Source: an uncultured Bacilli bacterium
GTDB taxonomy: Bacteria; Bacillota_I; Bacilli_A; RF39; UBA660
Length of the DNA stretch: 32,000 nucleotides
Reading direction: 5' to 3'
NCBI GenBank assembly: GCA_934101595.1
Contig: CAKORR010000004.1
Location: 99,050 to 131,049, forward strand
Part shown: in pieces, positions 1 through 9,040 of the stretch
Numbering within the stretch: position 1 is the stretch's first letter
Layout of the letters: every line of letters begins with the position of its first letter
Notes under the pieces: model-generated
The model's database searches: none
What the model saw: only the letters and a program-made list of their open reading frames with translations
Told to the model about the DNA's origin: nothing
Made by a program: the position numbers and the translations under genes

Positions 1-1
1 A

Positions 2-70
2 TATGGTAGTTTAGAAGTTATTAAATACGATATAAAAATGCATAAAGCTTTAGAAATTATAAAAGGATAA
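2..70 (+). CDS. 3' end of an unidentified CDS entering from upstream (partial)
   Basis: Frame 2 is open from the window edge (..YGSLEVIKYDIKMHKALEIIKG*) and stops at TAA 68-70, directly followed by a hairpin and T-run. Too short to name. Confidence 0.3.
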   Translation, partial: YGSLEVIKYDIKMHKALEIIKG

Positions 71-74
71 AATG

Positions 75-96
75 ACTTGCAGTTGCAAGTTTTTTT
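75..96 (+). terminator. Rho-independent terminator of the upstream gene
   Basis: acttgc(75-80)-agtt-gcaagt(85-90) 6-bp stem followed by a T-run to 96. Confidence 0.65.
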
Positions 97-136
97 ATCT
101 TTATGTTAAGTACTTTACTTTAAAAGTTTATGTTAA

Positions 137-165
137 TTGCTAATTTTTTAAAAATGCCATATAAT
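137..165 (+). promoter_or_regulatory. Sigma-A-type promoter for the mur operon
   Basis: TTGCTA (137-142), 17-nt spacer, TATAAT (160-165). GGTGA RBS at 191-195 ahead of ATG 201. Confidence 0.5.
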
Positions 166-200
166 TTTATTAGATAACCTTATTAAAAAGTGGTGATTAA

Positions 201-1544
201 ATGGAAAATAAATTTGATCTATTGAGAAAAAAATATGATACTTTTATTTATCGAAGTTTTAAGGTTTTTAAAACTGATAAAGACTTAGTTATAAGTTATT
301 TATTTGAAACGGTTAATTTATGTAAATTTGAACCAACTATTGAAATTCCTTTGTCTTGTATAAAAAAAGAAGATATTAATGAACAATTTATAAATTATTT
401 GGCATTTAATATAGGACTTGTTGAACTATTAAGTTATGTTAAAGCAACATGTTCAAAAAACATTATAATTGAAGCTGGATATATAGACGATGAAGCAGTT
501 AAGTGGTTTAAAAAACTATATTATAATGGATTAGGAGAATTTTTATATTTAAATAAAATTCAGGTAAGTGAAGAAGATTTATTTAATATAATTGTTAAAG
601 CCTCTCCAATTGATTTTATTACTACCGATTATCATGGATATGGCAATTTGATTCCTGTCGGAGGCGGAAAAGATTCCAATGTGACAATGGAACTATTAAA
701 AAAATATCAAAATACACCATTTGTGATAAATCCAAAGAGTGTACATGAAGAGTGTATTATGGCTGCGGGGTATAAAAATCCTGTTTATGTAAAAAGAATT
801 CTCGATAAAAATATTTTAAAATTAAATAAAGAAGGCTTTTTAAATGGTCACACTCCATTTAGTGCTATAGTGGCATTTATATCTTTTTTGGTCGCATATT
901 TGCAAAACAAAAAATATATTGTTTTGTCTAATGAATCAAGTGCTAATGAGTCAACTATAATTGGTACATCTATAAACCATCAATATTCTAAATCTTATAC
1001 GTTCGAAAGTGATTTTAACTTTTATGCGGCTAAATATTTTAAAATCGATATTAAGTATTTTTCTTTGTTAAGAATGTTAAATGAATCTCAAATATCATTA
1101 TTATTTAGTAAGTATAAAAAATATCATAAAGTTTTTAAAAGTTGTAATGTAGGAAGTAAAAATATTCCTTGGGTTTGGTGTGGCGAATGCCCAAAATGTT
1201 TATTTGTATATAGCATACTTAGTCCTTACTTAGAAAAAGAAGAATTGTATAGCATCTTTAATAAAGACTTATTTGATGATAAATCTCTTTTGAATACGTT
1301 CTTAGAACTTTTAGGATATGCGGATAGAAAGCCATTTGAATGTGTTGGAACTTATGAAGAAGTAAGGGATGCGGTTAGCAGGACTATTTTAAACTATAAA
1401 GGACCGCTACCATATCTTTTGGAGTATTATAAAAAGCATTATAAAATTGAAACACATGATTTTTTGCATTTGCTTAACAAGGAGAACTTTATTCCTTTAG
1501 AATATCAATTAGTTGTGGAAGAAGAGTTGAAGAAATATGTATAA
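201..1544 (+). CDS. PP-loop (ATP pyrophosphatase fold) protein; candidate MurL-type UDP-MurNAc-L-Ala-L-Glu epimerase
   Basis: 447-aa ORF with the PP-loop-like motif IPVGGGKDSNVTMELL and a C-terminal Cys cluster (SCNVG..WVWCGECPKC). Its stop overlaps the murD start by 8 nt (1537-1544), implying co-translation. The CDS itself is solid; the MurL assignment rests on gene context and recollection of the family, not on a search. Confidence 0.55.
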   Translation: MENKFDLLRKKYDTFIYRSFKVFKTDKDLVISYLFETVNLCKFEPTIEIPLSCIKKEDINEQFINYLAFNIGLVELLSYVKATCSKNIIIEAGYIDDEAVKWFKKLYYNGLGEFLYLNKIQVSEEDLFNIIVKASPIDFITTDYHGYGNLIPVGGGKDSNVTMELLKKYQNTPFVINPKSVHEECIMAAGYKNPVYVKRILDKNILKLNKEGFLNGHTPFSAIVAFISFLVAYLQNKKYIVLSNESSANESTIIGTSINHQYSKSYTFESDFNFYAAKYFKIDIKYFSLLRMLNESQISLLFSKYKKYHKVFKSCNVGSKNIPWVWCGECPKCLFVYSILSPYLEKEELYSIFNKDLFDDKSLLNTFLELLGYADRKPFECVGTYEEVRDAVSRTILNYKGPLPYLLEYYKKHYKIETHDFLHLLNKENFIPLEYQLVVEEELKKYV

Positions 1545-2847
1545 TGAGATTATAAATTATATAAAAAATAAAAACGTAGCTATTTTAGGTTTTGGCAGAG
1601 AAGGTAAATCTACTTATAAATTTATACGTAAACATTTAAAGGATAAGATGCTTACAGTATTAGATCAAAATAAAAATGCCACGAGTGATATAAATGATGA
1701 TAATTTAATTTTGATTAATGATAATTATTTGGATTATATAGATAAATATGATTTGGTTATTAAAACCCCAGGTATCAGTTTAATAGGGAAAAAATATAAC
1801 ACCGAAATAACTAGTGAAGTGGATTTGCTTACAAGGTTTGTACCGGTGAAATTAATCGGAATAACAGGAACTAAAGGAAAAAGTACGACAAGTAGCTTAA
1901 TTTATACAGTTGTTAGTGATCAGTTAAAAAACACTTTTTATGTAGGAAATATTGGAATACCTATTTTTGACTATATTGAGAAATTTACACCAGATTCAAT
2001 TGTAGTTGCGGAATTGTCGGCTCATCAGCTTAATGATATAAAAAATAGTCCCCATATTGCTATTATTTTAAACTTATTTGAAGAACATTTAGATTATTTT
2101 CATACACTAGATAATTATTACAACGCTAAACTAAATATTTTTAAATATCAAAATAAAAATGACTATGCTCTTTATTACTCTGATAATGAAGAACTTACAA
2201 ATAGGGTAAAAAAAATAAATAGCCTTGCTAAAATGATTCCACTAAACAAAAAAATGCTTTTAAATGATGAGATAAAAATTGGTGATTATACCTACTTTTT
2301 TAATAAGGGACAATACTTGATCGGGGATTATAATAAAATAGATATAATGTTTTCTTTATATGTTGCAAAAATTCTTAACTTAAATTTAAAAAGATGTGAA
2401 GAGGTAATTAGAAATTTTAAGCCTCTTGAACACCGTCTGGAATTAATTAATGGGGGAAATATTAAGTTTTATGATGATACTTTAGCAACAATTCCTGAAG
2501 CCACTTTGAACTCAATTAAAGCTATTAAAGATTTAGAAACCTTGATTGTTGGTGGTAAGGATAGAAATATTGATTATACTAATTTTGTGCATGAGCTTGC
2601 AAATACAAGTGTTAAAAATATTATATGCCAGCCAGATACTGGAAAGTATATTTATGAGAATTTAAAAAACAGTAATAAAAATGTGTATTATGTGGAAGAA
2701 TTGGAAGATGCTGTTATCTTAGCTTATAAAATAACAGGTAAGGATAAATCATGTTTATTATCACCAGCGGCTTCTAGTTATAATAAATATCAAAATTATG
2801 CTGATAAAAGTGCTCATTTTAAAATGTACATCGAAAAATATAAATAA
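1537..2847 (+). CDS. murD: UDP-N-acetylmuramoyl-L-alanine--glutamate ligase (MurD family; D-Glu versus L-Glu specificity not decidable here)
   Basis: N-terminal Rossmann motif VAILGFGREGKS, Mur-ligase P-loop GITGTKGKSTT, 436 aa, sits in a murG/murB context. Confidence 0.9.
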   Translation: MYNEIINYIKNKNVAILGFGREGKSTYKFIRKHLKDKMLTVLDQNKNATSDINDDNLILINDNYLDYIDKYDLVIKTPGISLIGKKYNTEITSEVDLLTRFVPVKLIGITGTKGKSTTSSLIYTVVSDQLKNTFYVGNIGIPIFDYIEKFTPDSIVVAELSAHQLNDIKNSPHIAIILNLFEEHLDYFHTLDNYYNAKLNIFKYQNKNDYALYYSDNEELTNRVKKINSLAKMIPLNKKMLLNDEIKIGDYTYFFNKGQYLIGDYNKIDIMFSLYVAKILNLNLKRCEEVIRNFKPLEHRLELINGGNIKFYDDTLATIPEATLNSIKAIKDLETLIVGGKDRNIDYTNFVHELANTSVKNIICQPDTGKYIYENLKNSNKNVYYVEELEDAVILAYKITGKDKSCLLSPAASSYNKYQNYADKSAHFKMYIEKYK

Positions 2848-2871
2848 TTATTAAATGGATGGAGGAAAAAA

Positions 2872-3951
2872 ATGAATATAATTATTTCTGCGGGTGGAAC
2901 AGGGGGACATATTTATCCAGCTTTATCAATAATTGATGAATTTAAGGAACATGAAAAAGATTTAAATGTTATTTATATTGGTACACATAATAGAATGGAA
3001 AAGGAAATAGTTAAAAATCTTAACATACCATATGTTCCTCTAACAATTTATGGATTATCCAAAACAGATATAATTAGAGATATAAAAAATATATTTTATA
3101 TAAAAAAGGCTAAGAAAAGATGCTTAGAAATTATTGATGAATTTAAACCTGATGTTGTTATTGGTGTTGGTGGCTACGTTACTTATCCGGTTATGTGGGC
3201 TGCTAAAAAAAGAAAGATAAAAACATTTATTCATGAACAAAATAGTGTTCCTGGTAAAAGTAATTTAATGCTTTCTAAAGGAATTGATTTAGTCGGAGTT
3301 TCTTTCAAAAATAGTGAAAAATATTTTAAAAAAGCCAAGAAGGTTGTGTATACTGGTAATCCTTGTGCTAGTAGAGCTAAAAATGCTGCGATAATTAAAA
3401 AAGAATCAATAGGGTTTAAAAAAGATTTGCCTCTTATTACTATTGTTGCTGGATCTTTAGGAAGTAGTACTTTTAACTTTAAAATGAAAGAGTTTTTACT
3501 AACTTGTGATAAAAGATATCAAGTGTTATATATTACGGGGAAAAGTTATTATGAAGAATTTATTAAAGATACCTCATTTGATGAAAATGTTATAGTAAAA
3601 CCATATTTTGATAATCTAACAGGTATAATGAAAGACAGTGATCTGTTTATTTCTCGAGCAGGAGCAGGGGCAATTACTGAAGCGTTGGCATTAGAGTTAC
3701 CTAGTATTTTTATACCAAGCCCATATGTAAGTAATAATCATCAATATTACAATGCCCTGGAAATTAAAAACGCTAAAGCTTGCCTTTTATTAGAAGAAAA
3801 AGATTTAAGCGCTGCGAAAATTAAGAACTTAGTAGAAGATTTGTTGTTTAAAAAAGAAAAATATGAAAAGATAAAAAATAACATAAAAAAAATGCATATA
3901 GATAATAGTGCCGAAAAAATATATAATTATATAAAGGACTTGATAAAATGA
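2872..3951 (+). CDS. murG: Undecaprenyl-PP-MurNAc-pentapeptide UDP-GlcNAc transferase
   Basis: IIISAGGTGGHIYPAL N-terminal G-loop, ISRAGAGAITE, 359 aa. GGAGG RBS upstream. Confidence 0.93.
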   Translation: MNIIISAGGTGGHIYPALSIIDEFKEHEKDLNVIYIGTHNRMEKEIVKNLNIPYVPLTIYGLSKTDIIRDIKNIFYIKKAKKRCLEIIDEFKPDVVIGVGGYVTYPVMWAAKKRKIKTFIHEQNSVPGKSNLMLSKGIDLVGVSFKNSEKYFKKAKKVVYTGNPCASRAKNAAIIKKESIGFKKDLPLITIVAGSLGSSTFNFKMKEFLLTCDKRYQVLYITGKSYYEEFIKDTSFDENVIVKPYFDNLTGIMKDSDLFISRAGAGAITEALALELPSIFIPSPYVSNNHQYYNALEIKNAKACLLLEEKDLSAAKIKNLVEDLLFKKEKYEKIKNNIKKMHIDNSAEKIYNYIKDLIK

Positions 3952-4835
3952 AAGAAGAGTTAAAAAAGTATGGTAATGTTTTAAGTGATGTTTCCCTAAA
4001 AGAATTTAATACTTATAAGTTGGAAAGCTTTAGCAAATATTTAGTTTATCCAAACAGTATCACAGATTTAGTTCAATTAATAAACTATTTAGATAAAGAA
4101 AATATAAAATATTTTATTTTAGGAAATGGCTCCAATGTTATATTGCCATCCAATACTTTTGATGGGGTTGTTATTAAAACAACTGCTTTAAAAGGTGTAA
4201 AAGATTTAGATGATAATAAACTTTATGCCGAAGCAGGAGTAATGCTACCCAAACTTGTTAACGACTCACTTTATTTTGGTTATAAGGGACTTGAATGGGC
4301 TGCCGGAATACCAGGGACTGTCGGAGGAAGCATTGTTGGCAATGCCGGAGCATATAAATCTTGTATATTTGATTATTTATTAAGCGTTACAATTTTAGAA
4401 GGTGGCATAACTAAAATATTAAAAAAAGATGATATTATTTATAGTTATCGTCATACATCCTTAAAGGACGAAAAATGTATTGTATTATCCGCAGTTTTTT
4501 CGCTTGAAAAGGGTAATATGGAAGAGTCAAAGGAACTCATTAAATCTAGATATTTAAGGAGAGTTGAAACTCAGCCATTAGATAAGCCTTCGGCTGGTAG
4601 TGTATTTAGGAATCCTATTGATGAACCGGCAGGTAAAATAATCGAAGATTTAGGATTTAAAGGGACATGTTGTAACGGGGCAAAAGTTAGTGAAAAACAT
4701 GCTAATTTTATTGTTAATTCTGGTAACGCCACTAGCGAAGATGTTATTAGTTTGATTAATGATATAAAAAAATGTGTCAAAGAAAAGAAAAATATAGACT
4801 TAGTTTTAGAACAAGAAATAGTAAGTTGGGAGTAA
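3948..4835 (+). CDS. murB: UDP-N-acetylenolpyruvoylglucosamine reductase
   Basis: FAD-binding motifs ILGNGSNV and GIPGTVGGS, C-terminal PSAGSVFRNP and NFIVN. ATGA overlap with the murG stop. Confidence 0.93.
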   Translation: MKEELKKYGNVLSDVSLKEFNTYKLESFSKYLVYPNSITDLVQLINYLDKENIKYFILGNGSNVILPSNTFDGVVIKTTALKGVKDLDDNKLYAEAGVMLPKLVNDSLYFGYKGLEWAAGIPGTVGGSIVGNAGAYKSCIFDYLLSVTILEGGITKILKKDDIIYSYRHTSLKDEKCIVLSAVFSLEKGNMEESKELIKSRYLRRVETQPLDKPSAGSVFRNPIDEPAGKIIEDLGFKGTCCNGAKVSEKHANFIVNSGNATSEDVISLINDIKKCVKEKKNIDLVLEQEIVSWE

Positions 4836-4838
4836 AAA

Positions 4839-5573
4839 ATGAAAAAAGCAAAAAAGAAACATCGTTTAAAAAGTTTTTTAGTTATATTTTTATTTCTGTA
4901 CCTAATAATAATGTTGGGATATTATTTATTTAAAACACCTATTAAAAATATTTATATTTACGGAAATAAATATGTTAGTGATTTAGAAATTATTGAAACT
5001 GCCGGAATTAAAAATTATCCTTCTTTTTTGCATGTTAAGACAAAGTCGATTAAAAAGAAACTAGAAAAAAATCCGTTTATTACAAAGGCTAGTATCAAAA
5101 AAACTATTTTGGGAAAGGTTACCATAAAAATAGATGAAGCTCATCCTCTTTTTATTTCTAAAAGTGATAATTTAATTTATTTAAGTAATGAAAAAACAGT
5201 TGCTAATAGTGATAAATACTTAGGCCTTCCGATGCTTATTAATTATGTTCCCAAAAATATTTTAAAAGATTTTATAGATTCATTTAAAAATATTGACGAA
5301 AATATTGTTGCTATGATAAATGAAATAGAATATCAAAGAGAAGAAAAAGATGATGTAGTTATTGATGAGACTAGATTCTTACTTAGAATGAATGATACAA
5401 ATACTGTTTATGTAAATACTATCAATTTAAAGAAATTGAATCAATATGCTAAAATATGTGCTACCACAAATGGGGTAAAAGGTATAATCTATTTAAATTC
5501 AAATCGTGATACTATAAGTATAACATCATACGATAGTATAAAAAATGAAAGTAAGGATAAAAGTGAAAATTAA
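4839..5573 (+). CDS. divIB: Cell-division protein DivIB/FtsQ-like (single N-terminal TM plus POTRA)
   Basis: Basic N-terminus, TM segment FLVIFLFLYLIIMLGYYLF, then a POTRA-like stretch IKNIYIYGNKYVSDLEIIETAGI. Sits after murB as in dcw clusters. Confidence 0.7.
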   Translation: MKKAKKKHRLKSFLVIFLFLYLIIMLGYYLFKTPIKNIYIYGNKYVSDLEIIETAGIKNYPSFLHVKTKSIKKKLEKNPFITKASIKKTILGKVTIKIDEAHPLFISKSDNLIYLSNEKTVANSDKYLGLPMLINYVPKNILKDFIDSFKNIDENIVAMINEIEYQREEKDDVVIDETRFLLRMNDTNTVYVNTINLKKLNQYAKICATTNGVKGIIYLNSNRDTISITSYDSIKNESKDKSEN

Positions 5574-6165
5574 TTATAATGAAGTTTTAAAAAAAACCAT
5601 TTCTTCTTTGGATCATAAGCCAACACTATTATTACACAGCTGTTGTGGACCTTGCTCAACTGAGGTTATTGATGTTTTGAAAGATAATTTTCTTATAACT
5701 GTATTATATTATAATCCTAATATAGAACCAGAAAGTGAATATTTAAAAAGAAAAGAAGAGCAAATACGCTTCTTAAAAATGGTTAATATTCCTCTTTTAG
5801 ATATAGGATATAATAATTTTGAATTTAAAAGAATAGCCAAGGGCTTAGAAAAAGAAAAAGAAGGAAAGAAACGTTGTGTGTTATGTATTCATAATCGACT
5901 AAGCAAAACAAAGGAAATGGCCTTAGCTCATAAATTCGAGTATTTTGGAACGACTCTAACTGTTAGTCCTCATAAAAACAGCCAAATTATTAATAATTTG
6001 GGAAGAGCTTTAGCGGATGATAATGTTAAATTTTTATTTAGCGATTTTAAGAAAGAAAATGGTTATTTAAAAAGTGTTTTATTCGCTAAAAAATATAATT
6101 TGTATAGACAAAACTATTGTGGTTGTTTATATGCGAAAGATAATAATCTACCTGATGATTTTTAA
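5545..6165 (+). CDS. queH: Epoxyqueuosine reductase QueH (DUF208 family)
   Basis: LLLHSCCGPCS, CVLC and NYCGC cysteine motifs typical of QueH. The start is ambiguous: ATG 5545 overlaps divIB by 29 nt, while in-frame GTG 5563 has an AAGGA RBS at 5553-5557 and may be the true start. Confidence 0.85.
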   Translation: MKVRIKVKINYNEVLKKTISSLDHKPTLLLHSCCGPCSTEVIDVLKDNFLITVLYYNPNIEPESEYLKRKEEQIRFLKMVNIPLLDIGYNNFEFKRIAKGLEKEKEGKKRCVLCIHNRLSKTKEMALAHKFEYFGTTLTVSPHKNSQIINNLGRALADDNVKFLFSDFKKENGYLKSVLFAKKYNLYRQNYCGCLYAKDNNLPDDF

Positions 6166-6184
6166 TTTACAAAGAAACGTAAAT

Positions 6185-6206
6185 ATATGCGAAAGCATAT
6201 TTTTTT
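6185..6206 (+). terminator. Rho-independent terminator after queH
   Basis: atatgc(6185-6190)-gaaa-gcatat(6195-6200) followed by T6 (6201-6206). Confidence 0.6.
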
Positions 6207-6209
6207 CTT

Positions 6210-6239
6210 TTGACAAAATGCTCCGGGGGGGGGTATAGT
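6210..6239 (+). promoter_or_regulatory. Promoter of the surface-protein gene, with a homopolymeric G tract in the spacer
   Basis: TTGACA (6210-6215), 18-nt spacer (6216-6233), TATAGT (6234-6239). The last 9 nt of the spacer are all G. RBS AAAGAGG at 6248-6254, ATG at 6264. Confidence 0.5.
6225..6233. repeat. G9 homopolymer (simple sequence repeat)
   Basis: Read directly: ctcc-ggggggggg-tatagt. It stands out in a very AT-rich intergenic region. Confidence 0.95.
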
Positions 6240-6263
6240 TAAAATAGAAAGAGGTAGAGTTAT

Positions 6264-7757
6264 ATGAAACACTTAAAAAAATTGCTAGTACTTATAATGG
6301 CTTTAATATCATTTAGTATAAGTGCAAGTGCTAAGGAAGAATTTACTATCGATACGAAAAAGCTTACTGGTTTATCAGAAAGTAAAGATTACAAGTATTT
6401 AGCAATGGATAATTTTAGAGGATACGTTGAGGATGATATTTATCCTTTAAACAAGTATGTTAAGGATGTTGGCTTTTTGTTTGATGGACCCTTCTATAAT
6501 GATAAAGACTCTGATTATACTTTATATGGTATTGACGAAAATGGCAAAATAACTAAAACATATAAAATTAAAAGTGATTATTTAGGGTCAGAAAAAAAGA
6601 AGTTTGTTGAGCTAAAACGTGGAAATGATTCGTCGATGTGCTACATCCAAAAATGCACTAAGATAGGAGATAATATAACTTGTAAAGTTGATGCTTCATC
6701 ATTATTATTTGATTATGATAAATCAAAAGATCTAAACCAAAATTCTTCTGGAAGTGTGTTGATTGAGGACCCTTTATGGGGACACTATATTAATTATGAA
6801 AAGCAAAAAGGATTATATACTTTTATAGGAACTTTTGATGGAGTTTTAAAGAAAGCTGTATACTCAGAAGATGGTACTTTATTATTAGGACCTGTTAAAG
6901 AAAGTGATTTAAAAATAACTGGCTATGGTGGTGGCAGTTACGCTGTTAAAACCGAAAAAGATAATGACACAATATATAAGTTTGCTTTAAGTAATGGAAC
7001 TAGCGAAGAATTGTCTTTGGCTAAAGTAAAAGAATGGACAAAAGCTGTAACTGTAGAATCTATAACACCATATGTTGCAAGCGAGAACTTAGCTTACTAT
7101 ATAGTTGTTACGGGAAATGGAACATATATTATAACTAAAGATGGAATGGCTAGCCAAAGCACATGGAAGAAAGATATTTTACTAAAGTATAATGGTGAAG
7201 ATATTTATGTATTAGAAGATGACAAAAGATATGATTTTAATCATTCGGAAATAGCAAGTACATTGATAAGAAAAACCAATGATTCCAAATTAAAAGTTTT
7301 GGAAGACGAGAAAGATATAATCGTTAATTATGATGGCAAAGAAGTCTTAAAGAAAAGTAAAAAAGACATGTCTGATAAAGAGTTTTACCTAAGGTATTTA
7401 GGAAATATTGATGATAATCATTATTTTATTTCTATTACCCCAGTCGAAGATGATACTAATTTTGAAACTCGTGAAAATGTTAACGAATCATTCATGTTAG
7501 TTTTAAATAAAAAAACTATTAAAGAAGAAGAGCCAAAAAAGGATGATAATAAACCAATAACTTGTAAAGAGGTTAATGGTATATATTATGATACTAAAGG
7601 AAATAAGGTAAGTAAAAAGGATTATAAGGCCTTATGTGGTGCTGTAAAGCCAGTAGATACTGGTTATGTAGTTCCAGCTTTATCTCTAATGATTCTAGGC
7701 TGTTTATTCCTATTTACTAAGAGACATAAAAAGCTAAATAAAATAGAACATATTTAA
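6264..7757 (+). CDS. Secreted, C-terminally membrane-anchored surface protein of unknown function
   Basis: Signal peptide MKHLKKLLVLIMALISFSISASA. C-terminal hydrophobic segment VVPALSLMILGCLFLF followed by the basic tail TKRHKK. No recognisable catalytic motif. Confidence 0.75.
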   Translation: MKHLKKLLVLIMALISFSISASAKEEFTIDTKKLTGLSESKDYKYLAMDNFRGYVEDDIYPLNKYVKDVGFLFDGPFYNDKDSDYTLYGIDENGKITKTYKIKSDYLGSEKKKFVELKRGNDSSMCYIQKCTKIGDNITCKVDASSLLFDYDKSKDLNQNSSGSVLIEDPLWGHYINYEKQKGLYTFIGTFDGVLKKAVYSEDGTLLLGPVKESDLKITGYGGGSYAVKTEKDNDTIYKFALSNGTSEELSLAKVKEWTKAVTVESITPYVASENLAYYIVVTGNGTYIITKDGMASQSTWKKDILLKYNGEDIYVLEDDKRYDFNHSEIASTLIRKTNDSKLKVLEDEKDIIVNYDGKEVLKKSKKDMSDKEFYLRYLGNIDDNHYFISITPVEDDTNFETRENVNESFMLVLNKKTIKEEEPKKDDNKPITCKEVNGIYYDTKGNKVSKKDYKALCGAVKPVDTGYVVPALSLMILGCLFLFTKRHKKLNKIEHI

Positions 7758-7801
7758 GAGAGAAGAAAGATATATTTCTTTTCTTTTTGTAAAGGAGCAA
7801 T

Positions 7802-9040
7802 ATGAAAAAAATAAAATATTTAATATTTATATTATTAATGGTTGTGGCTAATACTGCGTATGTAAAAGCCTATGAAAAGGATAATAGTGGATGTATTATT
7901 TCTTATGATATGTTTAGGGATAAGCCAGTTTTGATTGATAGTGAAAACTATTACTTTCTTAAATGTAATAAGGACAATCTTCAAGAAAAACTTAATAATA
8001 ATGAGATTATGGTTAGTGATTTAAACTTAGACAAAAATGATTTAACAAAGTTTTCTAAAAAATTATATGATATGATTTATGAAACCCTAGATAATTATTT
8101 TTCACTTTACAGTGGCGATGATGAATTGATTAATGTTTTAAATGTTATGATTAATCCTGGAAAAAGTAATAAAGATTTTTCAGTTGTTATTAATTTTGCA
8201 AATACAAATGATGAGGGATTTACTAGTCCTGATCCTAAATATAGTATAAGCAAAATGCAACTTAATGTTGTGGATGGTGAGTATTTAGAATATGATAAGG
8301 ATAAAACTAGTAATAATAAGTATGCTTATCAAATTCAATATGCTTTTTTTAGAAATATATTAAATCGGGTTACGAATGAATACTTTGAAATTGATAGTAA
8401 TGTTTGCTCTCAAGATTATTCTAATGAAGATAATTCTTATGAAAAAAATGGCTTTTATTTGACAAATGATGATTCTTCGGATCAATATTACTTTAAAATA
8501 AATCTAAATAAAATAACTGTAAATACCACCACAGATATCTATCGTTATTGCAAATATATAAATAATCTTCCTCTTAGTATTGATAGTAAGTCAAAATATA
8601 GTTGTCTTTATTATGAATGCTCTTTCTTTCTAGATAACAAAGAGTTTCATATGGCTTTTGATAAGGATACTAAAGAAATTTATTTAGAAAAAGAAGAAGG
8701 CACATTAGATATTTTTGATTTGACTGATAAAGCTGCTATAAATATGCTTGTAAAAAATTATCAAGAAGTAAATAATTTGCCTGATAGCTTTTATGAGGCA
8801 TATTTGAACGCTTATTCAGCTGGGTTTACTCTTAAGGATAATCATATGGGGTTCAGCGATAATAATAAAATTTTTAAAATTAAAATACTTGATGAAGTTA
8901 TTATTCCTTCTATAAAAAAGGAAGATAATAATATAAATTCAATGTCGGAGGTTATCATAATCGGTGCTTGCGTATTAATTTTATTCACGTCTATACTTTT
9001 TATTTTAAAAAAATCGAAAGAGAATAAGGAGGAAAAATGA
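7802..9040 (+). CDS. Type-I membrane-anchored surface protein, paralog family A (copy 1)
   Basis: Signal peptide (..ANTAYVKA|YEKDNSGC) and a C-terminal TM plus basic tail (VIIIGACVLILFTSILFILKKSK). Shares the motifs KDNSGC, YY(Y)F..C.K(D/N)N, VVDGEYL.Y and FKINLNK with the next gene. Confidence 0.8.
   Translation: MKKIKYLIFILLMVVANTAYVKAYEKDNSGCIISYDMFRDKPVLIDSENYYFLKCNKDNLQEKLNNNEIMVSDLNLDKNDLTKFSKKLYDMIYETLDNYFSLYSGDDELINVLNVMINPGKSNKDFSVVINFANTNDEGFTSPDPKYSISKMQLNVVDGEYLEYDKDKTSNNKYAYQIQYAFFRNILNRVTNEYFEIDSNVCSQDYSNEDNSYEKNGFYLTNDDSSDQYYFKINLNKITVNTTTDIYRYCKYINNLPLSIDSKSKYSCLYYECSFFLDNKEFHMAFDKDTKEIYLEKEEGTLDIFDLTDKAAINMLVKNYQEVNNLPDSFYEAYLNAYSAGFTLKDNHMGFSDNNKIFKIKILDEVIIPSIKKEDNNINSMSEVIIIGACVLILFTSILFILKKSKENKEEK

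Noticed and set aside
7650-7757. Possible sortase (LPXTG-type) cell-wall sorting signal at the C-terminus of the first surface protein: KPVDTG, then a hydrophobic stretch, then KRHKK.
   Set aside because: The tripartite shape is suggestive, but P-V-D-T-G has one residue too many between P and TG and lacks the leading Leu/Ser. The two neighbouring proteins have plain TM anchors without any such motif. It is treated as a TM anchor.
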